A stretch of 63,576 bases of DNA, counting the filler, from Hyphochytrium catenoides (taxonomy: Eukaryota; Protista; Hyphochytriomycota): assembly GCA_900088475.1 (NCBI GenBank). It is 13 parts of 13 records of this genome, joined end to end, with 100 filler letters (N's around TTAATTAATTAA, not from the genome) between each part and the next. Parts side by side here need not be neighbours in the genome. Positions count along the whole stretch, not along the records: positions 1 to 24,747 come from FLMG01001496.1; 12 more parts are not named here. One strand, 5' to 3'. Under the pieces are notes generated by a model. That model was not told where the DNA came from and did not search any database. It saw only the letters and a program-made list of their open reading frames with translations. Positions 1 through 12,409 of this stretch are shown here, in pieces (the first letter of the stretch is position 1; each line of letters opens with the position of its first letter). A program made the translations under genes and the position numbers.

Positions 1-1729
1 TCAATAAACAGGTTTCTGGGTCTAGAACAAGACAACTAACCGAAACGTTCATCCTTTTGCCTCGTCATTGTGTCTATGTCTATATTTAGCTTTCTCCTTT
101 TAACCTCTGCGAGAGCAAACATGACTCTATCCCCTAGTCTATGTAGAGGACACCGCTACTTTCCTAGCGATTGGAGCTACTGCTCTTCCTCTTTACGTAG
201 AATATCTGTTTCAAGCTAGAAGAAGTGCGATCCATACACAGAGATAGCTACTTTCTTATTCTACTCATCTTACTGTCTGCTGGTAAAGGGACAGCCACTG
301 TGTCTTGAGCAGCAGTGGTACTTCCTTTTCTTTCTCACCACTTTGCGTAAGCGTGGCATGCCTACAGACGAGCATGTTTCACTCTTCCAAGGTCTGGATG
401 CTGGAGACCATTGCCCCTTATTGTCTGGTTAGAGTTACTGGCTCAATATCTCCTTGACGTTTTGGTTCAAGAGATTTCACTTTCCACGTTTGCTTTGCAA
501 GGGCTTGATGCTGTAACATGAAGCCTGCCGTCTTCATCACAATATCCCGTTATTATTATTTTGACTTCTGGTCCAAGAGGCTTCACCTTGAGGTCCAGCA
601 TCAGCTTGCTGTTATCTCAGTCACACCTCATCAACTATACCAACAAGCCTAGTGCCAGAAGGCCTTCGACAAAAACTGAGCACAACCTAGCGTTTTCTCG
701 AACGCGCTACTCAATGCCTTCTAGGCATCAAAGGAGGTCTACTAGGTTAAAAGACAAAGCATCCATCTAACCACATCACTGAGTTCCTTTCTTAGCAACA
801 GCCAGGAAGGATTGCTAGTGGACCACCGAGCGGTTCATGCAGGGGATAGTGTTTAGAGTGCCCGCAGGAGAGCCACGCCTGTCTCTTCTTCTGGCCGAGA
901 AAGAAGATGGGGTGGTTCTACAGAACGGTTCTGCAAGGAAGGTCACCAACTCGTGAAACGCATATTGTCGAGGAAGCTCTGTTTCAACTTTCTATCTCCG
1001 TTTACTTGCGGCGCTCAAGAGAGAGCGGAGAGTGAGGAAGAAGGAGAAAATGGGGCTTGTGAAGGAGTGTTCTTCTCCTGCCGCCCTTCCAGAGCTCACC
1101 ACAAAGAGCGACTGACGTACCCGAAGGAGTTTTGGAAAGCACTGTCTCTTGCTTGTCATTGGGGCCGATCCCGGCATTAACTGACTTAAAGTGTGCGGAA
1201 AGAACAAAGGCCAGATAAAGAGCAACAACTTTCAAGGGAGGGAAAAAGAAGAGGTGCTTCTTCTGTATCATTTGTGGAAAAGGATAGGCACGTACCAGAA
1301 GGACAACAAGGAAGGAACAGAGCTCATAAGGCAGAAGAGCGCTCGCAACTGATAAAGGACGACTGAGCTTGTTCCTGAGACGACAAGGACGGGAAGAAAG
1401 GAGGACACGTCCCGGTCTCTTGCGGAGATGTGTAGAATAGTAGAGCTACAGGATCTGCATCGATATTATGATGGACAGAGTTCGGGTTGGTTGCGAAGAA
1501 GGTTACTGATACAGGCAAGAAAGAAAGCTTGGGGGCAAAAGGTAAGTAGTAGGGGGCAAGCCAAGGAAGTCGGAGACTGACCAATAGATACAAGGGGGAG
1601 AGAGGTTCCAACCAAGCAAAGTCAGTGTCAGCGTTTGAGAATAATGGGCGTCCACCCAACAGCAGACAAAGAGAGCTAGTTCTACAAAAGTAAACAATGG
1701 AAGATGCTGATGGGGGATCGACCAACTAG

Positions 1730-1950
1730 TGAGAGAGAGAGTCTTGAAGTAGGAAAAGGTAAAAAGAGAGAGAGAGAGAAGAGACAAAAAAGAGAGAGAG
1801 ACAAAAAGAAGAGAGAGAGACACACAGAGAGAGAGAGGAAAGGAGAGAGAGACAGAAAGAGCGAGTGAGAGCGAAAGAGAGAAAGCGAGAGAGAGGCAGA
1901 GAGAAAGAGAGAGAGCAAGAGAGAGAGAGAGCAGCAGCAAAGGAGAGAGG
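1730..1950. repeat. (GA)n-rich microsatellite / purine tract
   Basis: Visible AG dinucleotide-rich run; generates many spurious Leu/Ser or Arg/Glu ORFs. Confidence 0.9.
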
Positions 1951-2345
1951 AGTGGGTGATGCACTGCCTACAACCAAGCCTGCGGATGGGCTGGGCCGTA
2001 GCGTCAGGATCAGGAGCAATGATGATGTTTCCTCTTGTAACGCCGTAACCAACCCGCACCTCAGACCTCATATTACTATGCCACGTAATCAGTGGCTATA
2101 ACCCCCTCTATGTCCTCGCTATTATTATGACTACTATGACCACGACAGTCATGTTTTTATATTTTTCGCTTGATGGAAGAGAAAGTTAGAATGAAGGATT
2201 CCAAGCCTCCGTCCGATTTTACACGTGTAAGGAATAGATTTCCGCCAGATATTGTTTGTTTCATCAGTTTTTGATGTGTGGTGCTTTTTCTCTCTGCATC
2301 AGTTTCCAAACTGAAAGGTCACGCCGCCCATCACCAGCAGGGAAG

Positions 2346-2348
<3 letters not shown>

Positions 2349-2391
<43 letters not shown>

Positions 2392-2490
2392 GAGAGGGAG
2401 AGAGACGCGAGAGAGGGAGAGAGACGCGAGAGAGAGGGAGAGAGACGCGAGAGAGGGAGAGAGACGAGAGAGAGGGAGAGAGAGAGGAAA
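2349..2490. repeat. (GA)n microsatellite with ~20-bp higher-order unit GAGAGACGCGAGAGAGGGA
   Basis: Pure (GA)n followed by 3-4 copies of a 19-21 bp variant unit. Confidence 0.9.
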
Positions 2491-2950
2491 AGAGCACAAA
2501 GAGAGATGTGAGACGGAGGCCATGAGAGAAAGAGCACAAACGCAAGGAGAGAGAAAAGGGGAGAGGAGACAGATACTCAGAGACAGCATGGGAAGGAATA
2601 GATACCACGCTGTGTACGTGATGGCGCAGGAAGAACAAGTGCCACCGCATTAGTTGGCCAGAGTCGAGGGAGAAAGGATGCGTGAAGATTGTTATTGGTG
2701 GTCTGGAGTGGAGGCAGGAGAAGACAAGTGATGATGCTTTTCTCTTCTTCCCCGTAAAGAATGGCTTGTCAATCGTTCGCCTCATAGCTGGACCCTCAGC
2801 CTAGCCTTATCAGCATTCAATTTCCCAGTCACTTCAGAAGTCGCCGCCGCGGCCAGAATCAGGCTCAAAAAGCCTGGCGCTGCAGCTGTGAAGTCCTGCG
2901 CTCTTGAGCCACTTCTGGCTTGATCCTCCTTTTGCAGGGGCAGAGGAACA

Positions 2951-3561
2951 ATGCGCAGCGAGCTCACGCAGGCCGCAGAAAGATGGGCGTCTCAGAACCA
3001 CGCCGCCACCACACAAGGCATCCGCAGCGGGATGTCTGTGCAGGTAAATAGAGCGAGAAAACCTACTGAAGGACCGCAATATCTCCGTTGCACTGGCTCT
3101 TCTTTATTCTTTTACAGTTCTTGCTGTCCAGCTCTTAACTAGTGACGCTTACTCCCTTGCAGGATCTTAAAGCTCTCACAGCTCTCCGCGAGCAGCAGAA
3201 CCTGCAGCAAAGGAGCTCAAGGTCCATACAGGCTCCAAGTTTCTCGGGCCGCTGCTCCCCGCCTCAGCAGCAGCATCTGAGCCAACGTTACTTTGACTAT
3301 GAAGCTGTCAAGCGACTCCCACCTCATCGCTCCAACAGACTGCCAGATCTGCGACCATCAACGCTAGAGCTAGAGGATTCTAGTCTGGATCGCTCCCCAG
3401 CAAGCTCCACCTCCTCCCTCTCCTCAATTTCTTCTTCATCCATCTCTTCCTATCCAAGTTCCCCTTGCCGAATATTTATGACGGAGGCCGGACAGTATGT
3501 GGAGCTGTTCAAAGGCGTTGTGAACGCGCCGAAGAGAGCCTTGGCAGCAAGAATGTGCTAG
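2951..3561 (+). CDS. Hypothetical Ser/Gln-rich protein, 2 exons (2951-3043, 3163-3561), ~163 aa
   Basis: ATG at 2951; CAG|GTAAAT donor at 3044 and CCCTTGCAG| acceptor at 3162 join the two ORFs in frame (phase 0). No recognisable domain. Confidence 0.5.
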
Positions 3562-3931
3562 AGATTGATGCATTGGTTCTAGGCTCTCCCTCCCTCTCTG
3601 TCCTTGGTTGTTGAACATCTCTCCTTTGTTTCTGTTATTTTTTTCTTCATGGCCACTTAGTCCTACTGGTGTTTCCGATCCAAGTGTCGCTAGCGCAGCT
3701 GCCCCATGGTTGTTACCTTTTATCTACTCGTCTTATAGAAGTCAACCGTAACATTAGAACAAGCATATCCTAACTTCGCCTGCCTCTCTAATGTAACAAG
3801 ATTAGGGCGTCAATTCCTGTTCTTAGCTGCAGAAGAGTCTCTGGTCGTCAGCTCCTTTGAAGGCTGACGTTGTACTGCTTCCCTCCTTCTGTCCCTAGTT
3901 CTGTGTGGGTCGTCCAGCGGTTACATAAGCT

Positions 3932-6900
3932 TTAAAGCTCCATGGCATCTATCCCTAGCTCTGCCAGTCGCTGAGGTAACTTGGGCAGTGTGTCCTTAGC
4001 ACAGAGAGTGATAGCCTTCGCAATAGAGCGAGCACGCGCAATTCCAAGAGGTGAGCCGTTGATGAGGCTCTCTACCTCATAGACAACGGAGTCGTCCTCA
4101 TCTACTTCTACCTGGGTCTTTCTGCGTGGTTCCCAAAAAGTAGCGACAAGGTATTGGGGGAAAGAAACGGTTGAAAGGGAAAGTCAGGGCGGACGGAGGC
4201 ACAGATGATGTGAGAGAGCCCAGCCCAGTCTTCATCAATAGCCCCACATTCAGATCCCATCAAGTCAACGGTTCAATTGCTCCTAAGGCTACTTCCCACT
4301 CTCTCTGTAGCGCTAGGCCTGACAGCTAAAGACATTCAGTACCCTCTTTGTTCAACGTCGTGATATGGTGGTCGATGAAGGCCCTGAACCATGGCTGGTT
4401 CATTTTGTAAGGCCTCGTCTCAATCTGGTTGTTCGTCCCGTCCATTTTGACTATTGCTCTCACCTGTAAGTAAGGGCGACTTTGCCGACTTTGGCAATCT
4501 TCTCAGTTAGCTCCCTAATCGGATGCCTCTGTATGGTTTCAGGGGTGACGTGTGTGTCCATGTATACACCCAAGAGCCGGAATGTGACATTAGAGGCCGC
4601 TCGATAGCCTCCGTCCACCATCACGGCACCTACGAGTGACTCGAATAGATCTCCCAAGACTTTAGGAGTGTTCACCTCTAAAGTATCCAAGAAGCCAGAA
4701 AAGTAGGCGGAGGGCATCGATCGCCGAGCTTGACAAAAGTCAGCAATCTCCTTGTGCAGATGCCAATCAATGTGTTGCAGATAAAGATGTAGCTGTGGAA
4801 GCAGGGCAGAGAAGGAACGGGAGAACGACCAACAGCTATAGTTCAGTCTGTGAATGTGCGCCGAAAGGAAGCATAAAGATGGCTCTCTAGCAAGTAGGAA
4901 CTGCTCGCACAAAAGCCCACAGTCAATATCTCTCTGCTCCGCAGAAGGCACGTCGGACATCTGGCCCTCTGCATCCGTATTCCCTGTCTATGATCTTCTT
5001 CGGCAGCTGAAAATTGTTCCCATTCGCTAGTCTTAGCCTATCCGGACGCCGTATATAGCCTGTCCCAACTACCAGGCGACCAAACCTACCTTTCTCTCAT
5101 AGATCGTATGAGCGAAGACTTCGTTGGACACTGTGGCAGACTTCATATCAGAGAGCACACCAGGCGGCAGATGAGGATACTTGTCATAAAAATGACGCGC
5201 CACGATCAGGTCCAGAACAGCGTCCCCTAGACGAGCACAGCACCAGGTCAGCACAGAGAGGGAACCACGATTAAACAAATATTAGAGAGTAAGAGTAGGA
5301 AAAGCAAATCAGAACCACCCTTCCTAGCATGAGACGCATGGCGGATTCGAAATAGGCCAGACAGGAAGACCTTGTCAACAAGTAAGGAGGCAAGCCTCCT
5401 GGTTGCAGCAGCCTGCTCCAGGTAATGAAGAGTAAAAGGCAAGGTAATTCGCCAACATGATGTTTACCGAGGAACTCCAGCCTCTCAAGATCAGTGGTCG
5501 ACTGAAAAAGGAGTCTATGGGACTTGTGGCTAAGAGCCGCGAGAAGAAGGTTCTTATTCCTGAAGGAGTAGCCTAGGACCGCCTCGACATGCTCACAAGT
5601 CGTCTAAAGCCATCACAACGTCAGGAACGGGATGCAAGCAGGCCACTCAGTTTGATCGTCAGCATAAGTATAAACAAGAGCCAAGCGCAGAAGTGCAGCA
5701 GGGCCGAATGTCAGAGAGGTTACGCTTATACTCTAATGGGCTAGCAAGCTAAAGACAAATACAAAGGGGCAACCAGAGGGAGATCTGCTAATGAGAGCCA
5801 AGCAACAGAGGCGTATGAGTACATCATTTGTAAAGGAAGGAGGGATAGCCCATTGCACACGAGATTTGAAACGTAACGAGCCTGTGCTAGAGGGAACGCC
5901 AAGGCCTAAAAATAACCCTTGTACCTGTGTCCTGGCTCCAGAGACATACTTTGCTGTCTCGTGAAGAAGCGCCTCAGGCCGATGGAGGAAAGGAATTCCG
6001 GACCTGAAGTTGACGACATCGAGGAAGCTCCGACCCAACTCTGTTCCCCCAGTAACATAGTGCGCCCCTAATAAGCTCTCAATGATGTCCGCGAAGGACT
6101 TGTCGGACACCTGAAGAGACTTAGGGCGGCAGCCTGCAGGGACCCAGAGCTGGAGAAGAAGCGGTGTTCGCAGGATGGAAGGTTAGAGACGTGAGGAGGC
6201 AAGAGGCCTGTTGAGCACCCAGAACAGTGGCATAGAGGTTAACAGAAAAAGACACTGAGAAAGAGCAGAGCATCCCTGGTGCCTATGACTATCAATTTTC
6301 TCAACCAATGAGGACAAATATTGGCAGAAGGGAGGCTGACCGCCAAAGCTTGTTCCTCTCTTCATACCTTTGGAGCATGCAAGACTGGCTCCATATAGTT
6401 GAAGAGGCCTGCCCTTTGGCATACCTAGTGACGGAAGACAGAAGCGGCAGGAGTTAGCAACGCTCCACCTGCAATTCCCACAAAGCCCTCATTGTCCTGC
6501 TGCGTCGACATTGCTTCTCATTAGCAAGACTGAACCTGAGCTTCTGTTTGGGAACAAGTCTCTGGATCAAATTTACCTGGTACAGATACGCATTGCAGAT
6601 GAGCTTGGACCGTTGGTTATCCATCTTGCGCTCACTCCAAAGAGGATGACGCGCATAAATGTCTAGCGTCACCAAGAACTTGAGTGCAGCATCTCCGATA
6701 AACTCCAGCCGGTCGTAGTTGCGATGTAAATCGACTTGGGGATGTATGAGAGCCTATGGAGTGAGTTATCAAGGACAGAGAAGTGAGGGAGCTTGAGCTT
6801 TCCGAGAAGTAGAGGACCGAGCTGCAGCTCTACTACCTCATCAAGAAGATCTTCCGTGATGTGATTCCCAAGCTGCTCTAGCAGTTCTGCCTTCAGAAAC

Positions 6901-9900
6901 GCGCGTTCAAAGAGGTATGAAGCACTTGGCAAGTATCCCGCATTAAGAAACTGCATGAGGATGTTATGTAAGATTAGTAAAGGGATGAGAGAGAAAAGTA
7001 CGTGCATGAGGGAGTGGGCAGCACCAGAAGAAGCATATCAATAGAGAGAGATTGTCCGGCGCTTTATCCCTCTCTCTTCTCTTCCTTTCTCGGATGCAAC
7101 GTTCCCGTTCTGTATATCTTTACATTGCATTTCTCTCAGCTCCTCTAAACCAGCCCCTGGCTGGTGGACGATACCTCTTCGCTGCTGAGAATATGTTTCC
7201 TGCAGAGTTGAGGGATAAGCAAGACTTCTCCGTATCCCGGTGGAATGGAAAATTCTTTCTCCTGTCGATGAAAGTTCTGCGGCTTTACTGCTGCAAACTT
7301 GGCATGAAGAAGCGGTTGGTCATTCTCAATCTGCACTCTATACTTGTTCTCATAGTATTCCTTGAACGTGTGAGGTTGAGAAGTGCCATCTTTCTCTTTT
7401 GACTTGTCCTTTCCCTCTCCCTCCTTCGCCTTTTCTCCTTGAAACTGGTAAGCCTCCGCGAAGGAGGATAAGGGAGATAGGTCTCTCTTGACTCCAAGAA
7501 CGTAATGCGGACGAGGATTTCCCACTTTTGGCAGGACCACCAAGCCATCTCCTCTTCTATTAGCAGCCTCTTCCACATCTTTTGCTGTCAGGTCGGGAAG
7601 TTTGAATCCTGGAGAAAGAGCGATCTGGGCAAGCTCCAACAATCTACGATCCAGATTGTATATTCCATCCTCATCCTCTAGCAGAGGAGCAAAAAGGTAG
7701 GCTTTGGTGCCCTCGGGCTCTGGAAAAGAGAAAGAGCCGGGCTTTATTCCAGCTGTCTCCTTGAACAAGAACTTGTTGAAGTCCCGGACCTTGTGTACAT
7801 CATCCACAGAAAGAGGGAGAGAGCTTTTCAGCAGCTCTAAGCGGACTGTGACTTTGCCAGAATACTTGGTTGCCAAGTAGACCTCATTCAATGGTCTAGT
7901 GATCGCTTGCTTAAGGAGTAGACCATACCTAAAGGGAAAAAGTGCGAGAAAAGAGGAAGAAAAAGAAAGACCATGAGGTATACATAGAGGGAAAGGAAAG
8001 GCTAAGCTTGCCAACAGACCATGAGTAATGCTAGGGGTGCCATAGATAGAGTTAGAAGCGCTCGAGAAAACATAGAGCGCCTATAATCGTTGCACCTACC
8101 GTTTAAAAGACTTGCCCTCCAAGTCGCTTAGCAGAAGTACTTGGTACAGATGGAACTCTGTAACATCAAGAGCGATGTTGCTCGTGCTCTCTGCAGCCAA
8201 TGTCTGTGGACAAGGGAAGGTCCAGGAAGTGGTTGCGGTGCTAGTCCCCACAGAAAGTGACGAAATCTTGTCAGCAGAGAGATCTATCTCCTCTTCCGCG
8301 TCATCTGCTCTTGGTTCCTCCATGCTGGACACCAAAGAGGAAGCTGTGCGACCATAATATTCAAACATGAAATCCGGCCGAACGAGTATGGCACATTCTC
8401 CGTTGCCCCTCTGGCCCTCTTCGTCGGTATTGACTGTGATGTCGATGGAAAGAGCGAGACTGAGGGCATGCTGATAGAGAGCAAGGCGACTTTCGTATCC
8501 TTCGAGAATAGCAGTAAGAGAAAGCGTGTTCTCCTTCTCTCGCTTTGCATGATACTCTGTCATAGCATGCTTAATACTCTTGAGAGCTGCAGCTCCTCCC
8601 TAGATAGTAATTTGAAATAGCATCAGAAACTCTAAAGAGCTATCAGGCAACTCTTTTTTTGAGTGGACCCCACATCGGCAGGGCCAGAACAAGGGAAAAC
8701 ACTAAAAGAGAAGGGCTTGTCAGGTTAGGGTGCGAAGCGAAGAAGAAGAGAGTGAGAGAAAGAGAGAAGAAGCTTGTAGCTAGAGATGAAGGATGCAATT
8801 GAGGAAGAAAGGATAATATCACGAAGGGGCGTCTTTCACCTTTTTCCTCGATGAAGGTTTGAGCACATCTATAACTGTCCACTGCACATCGTGGGAGAGG
8901 ATGTCAGGAACACCGCTGGCGTCCATAGCCCGTCCTAGAGATATGCCGACTAAACGGGGCCTTTTGCTCCTAGGAAGAGCCCCAAGAATCTGTAAATCCG
9001 AGTGAGACATCGGAAGGTGATGAAATCAAACTAAAGAAGGTAGGACGAGGTGCTAGTGTGCGAGGAAGTCAGTGGCGGCGATAGGGACGAAGGTTCATGC
9101 CATGGGAGACACAGACAGAAGGAATAAAAAGGTTAGTCCTTACGTACCTTAAGAGTCTCTGCACATGAAGCGTCCTCGTGAAGAAACCCATGGGTTACGA
9201 TGCAGAGCAAAAAGATGTCTGCAAGAGGAAGCCGACCTTCATTCATCTCCTTGATGGCCTCTCCAACCTCCCTTCTAACTATTTTTGGGCCATTTGGCCG
9301 GCCAACATACAGAGGATCAACAGCAGAGTCTAATCTGTCTAGAGTCACTGAGGCGCTGTGCAGGACCAGGAAAGTGCGACACTGGCCATTGGAGGGATCT
9401 GCAGAAACCGATCTCAGGTGGAAGCTTCTCTTAATAGAGCTAGACGCAGACATCAAAGCAGAAGGATATAAGGACGCGAAGCGCACATGTTACAAAGAGA
9501 GAGCTAGTCCTCTAGAGGAGCAGGACATGCTTGGCAAGTAGAATTGCAGAACCCTGAATGCCGACCCCACGAGAAGCGAAGCACCTACGGTTCTCTTTCT
9601 TTGCTGCCAGAGTTCGCATTAGTATGGAGGCAAAGGCGAGTGCCTGATGGGGGGCGAGGTTAATGAGACAGACATTCTCGAAGAGCGCAAGGATGAAGGC
9701 GTCCTGCATGACGGAGGAGGACTGGATAGCAGACTGTGATCTTCGCTGCTTCTTTGACTGGACTCGAAGGGATTGATAACTGACGTCTCGGTTGGTATCA
9801 GGAGTGTCAAACGCCTTTCGCTTATTCCCTTATGAGAATCAGTGTGAGGCCATTTATAGTACTCAGCGGGGTGAAGCGTATGTTAGACGCAAAGCGTGAC

Positions 9901-10290
9901 TGAGCAGTGAATTGAAGGTCCTGAAGCGAGCGCTGAGATCCATTCTTACCGATCGACTGAGCACTGGTCTCTTCCGACGATGGACGCAGTACGGAGAGCG
10001 CCTTCCGCGCTGCACTCTTCTCGGCTAGCTTCTTTGTCCTGCAAGGATCCGAAGACACCTCCTGTCCATCTTCCAGAACGATCCTGCACGTGAACTGTCC
10101 GCTAATAAGGATCAAAAGGCTACCGAAGAACACAGCATAGGGGTGGGCAACACAGGACCTGTGGTTGATGCGAAGGACCTGATGGTGTGCACTCAATGTT
10201 TGGCGGGATCTTTTTCTGCCGCAGAAAGAACTGCACGAGCATCCCCTTCCAGTCTACATCTGGCCCGGAGCGCTTAGCGGATCCCTCCAT
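3932..10290 (-). CDS. DCL: Dicer-like RNase III endoribonuclease, 15 exons, ~1178 aa
   Basis: Manual exon chain, all GT-AG and phase-consistent, 3537 nt: 10290-10159, 10094-9950, 9828-9589, 9398-9148, 8989-8840, 8599-8100, 7928-7175, 6950-6837, 6753-6577, 6424-6368, 6149-5925, 5603-5468, 5226-5090, 4792-4464, 4121-3932. Domains: N-terminal dsRBD (DWKGMLVQ..GPSHQPQFTCRI..KKLAEKSAARKAL), platform (YGLLLKQ..SGKVTVRLELLKS..AYLFAPL), PAZ (DLSPLSSF..TFKEYYENKY..DQPLL..LIPQLC), connector (LPSASYLFE), RNase IIIa (DRLEFIGDA..DKSFADIIESLLGA), RNase IIIb (ERLEFLGDA..PKVLGDLFESLVGA), C-terminal dsRBD (HPIREL..). Start codon tentative. Confidence 0.93.
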
Positions 10291-10770
10291 TCCTCTGAGC
10301 TGGGCCAAGAACCGCCTACAGAAGAGCGCTCTTCCCAGGCTTCACTGTGCATGCCCCTAACTAGCCTTTCCGCTTTCTGACAGTCTGGCCTTGCGTCGAG
10401 AAGCCGAAGCGGCCAGTCTCAGGGCCTTGACAGCCAGCTGCGAGCAGCTGTTCAGCTTGTGGTGTGTCAATAACAAGGAAGCCTAGCTAGGGCTGATGGC
10501 CTCGTTGTACTTGTAGAACGGACAGTAGAGTGGAGGTGGATGAGAAGCAAAGGTGAAGGTCGATTCTGAGAGTTCACAGGATACTGATAACTAAAGGATC
10601 TGTCTAATCGGTAACTATGCCTCGGGTAATCACTGATTTTACTATGGAGCTAAATTACTGGGTTGTGAGAACTGCACCATCTTGTGCACCATTGTAAATG
10701 TAAGGGCACCAAGACCCAAGAGCACACTTATCCAGAGGCTGCACTTGTTGATGACCTTCTTCCATGAGCT

Positions 10771-10972
10771 GAAGAGGAACTCTTGACAGACAACAATCCT
10801 TCATCTTTCTGAAGTCAGGAACAAGAAAATGATGATATCATAATAGCGGAGCCGTAGTAGAAGCAGCGCTTGCAGACCTACGAGCTCTGTAAGAGCAATG
10901 ACACGAGACACGAAGCTGGAGACCATATCAATTCTTACGGCGAGGATTGTTGTCTGTCAAGAGTTCCTCTTC
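10771..10972. repeat. Perfect 30-bp inverted repeat with 142-bp spacer (MITE-like or hairpin)
   Basis: GAAGAGGAACTCTTGACAGACAACAATCCT (10771-10800) is the exact reverse complement of 10943-10972. No target-site duplication seen. Confidence 0.9.
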
Positions 10973-11329
10973 GACCAAGATGGTACTGTAAGATTCTTTC
11001 GCAGAGACCAAAGACAATGCAGAGCGAATGAGAGTCAGAGCGCCAATATCCTTGGGCAGCATATTATAACCAATCCACAGCCAGAGTAAGGTTGACTACC
11101 TTTTAGGGACAGTGGCTCAAAGAAGCCTGATATCTCCGGCTACTATGTAATATAAATACCTCTCAGTAGGATATTCCCTAGCTGTGGATAAAATCTTTTA
11201 TAGATTGTCTTATGCAAAGATTGTATAACAAGCGGGACGGGAATTAAGGAGAAGATGGAATCTTGGTACATTCTTTATAGTATCAAATAGAGGAAATTTG
11301 TAAGCTAAGGGAGTAGGGGGTAAGTTAAG

Positions 11330-12409
11330 TTACTCTAGTAGGGTAGTCTGGACAATCTTGCCAGTGACCTTGTACGGATCGCAGTTAGAGGCAGGTCTTC
11401 GGTCCTCGAAGTAACCACAACCATCCTTCTCAGCGCTTCTAGGGATACGGATAGATGCACCACGATTTGCGACGCCGTAAGAGAAGGTATTGATGCTTGC
11501 AGTCTCGTGTCTACCAGTCAGACGCCTCTCGTTACCCTCACCATACACAGCGATGTGCTCCTTGTGCTTCTTGCCGAGCTTCTCAATTGCTTCGAGGATG
11601 TACTTGAGGCCGCCTTCCTTGCGCATAGGCTCAGTTGAGTAGTTGGTGTGGCACCCAGCACCGTTCCAGTCACCCGGAATGGGCTTAGGATCCCATGATA
11701 CCACAACGTTGAAGGCTTCCGACACCCGAAGGAGGAGGTAGCGAGCAAGCCAGAGCTGGTCTCCTGCAGCGATACCTTCGGCTGGTCCCACCTGGAACTC
11801 CCACTGCCCAGGCATAACCTCGGCGTTCGTACCCGAGATGTTCACACCAGAGTATAGGCAAGCCTTGTAGTGTGCATCTACGATGAGACGCCCAAAAGCG
11901 TTCTCAGCGCCATTACTGCAGTAGTATGGTCCCTGAGGACCAGGATATCCGCCCTTTGGCCACCCAAGAGGGGTAGTCGCGTCAGCATAGAACATGGTGT
12001 ACTCCTGCTCCAGCCCGAACCATGGCTTGTGGGCCTTCGCCTTCTCCATAACCTTAGCAGCTTCAAAGCGGCTGTTGTTGGCAATTGGGGTGCCATCAGG
12101 CTTGTAGCAATCGCACAGGACAAGGATGTTGTCACCCTTTCTGAAAGGATCTGGGTAGATAGCTGCTGCCTTGAGAATAACCTCGGAGTCCTCTCCTGGG
12201 GCCTGGCCTGTAGAGGATCCGTCAAAGTTCCATTCAGGAATTTCACTGACGCTGGTAGGCTTCTTGGGGAGAGTACGACTCTTGCTACGGATATCTTGGC
12301 CAGAACCACCAATCCAGATGTACTCCGCAATAACCTTGCCGTGCTGAGGGAGATCCCCAAAGCTGTTGTAGACACTCATGTCAAGGATAGGAAGAGCGCG
12401 CTCAGCCAT
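11330..12409 (-). CDS. GLN1: Glutamine synthetase type II (eukaryotic), intronless, 359 aa
   Basis: Motifs [85 protein letters not shown]. Confidence 0.98.
   Translation of the reverse strand: MAERALPILDMSVYNSFGDLPQHGKVIAEYIWIGGSGQDIRSKSRTLPKKPTSVSEIPEWNFDGSSTGQAPGEDSEVILKAAAIYPDPFRKGDNILVLCDCYKPDGTPIANNSRFEAAKVMEKAKAHKPWFGLEQEYTMFYADATTPLGWPKGGYPGPQGPYYCSNGAENAFGRLIVDAHYKACLYSGVNISGTNAEVMPGQWEFQVGPAEGIAAGDQLWLARYLLLRVSEAFNVVVSWDPKPIPGDWNGAGCHTNYSTEPMRKEGGLKYILEAIEKLGKKHKEHIAVYGEGNERRLTGRHETASINTFSYGVANRGASIRIPRSAEKDGCGYFEDRRPASNCDPYKVTGKIVQTTLLE

Noticed and set aside
1503-2785. Numerous Leu/Ser-rich or Arg/Glu-rich ORFs (also near 24.5, 27.4, 35.5-36.4, 38, 41 and 59.5 kb)
   Set aside because: They are translations of (GA/CT)n and (TTC)n microsatellites, which lack stop codons.
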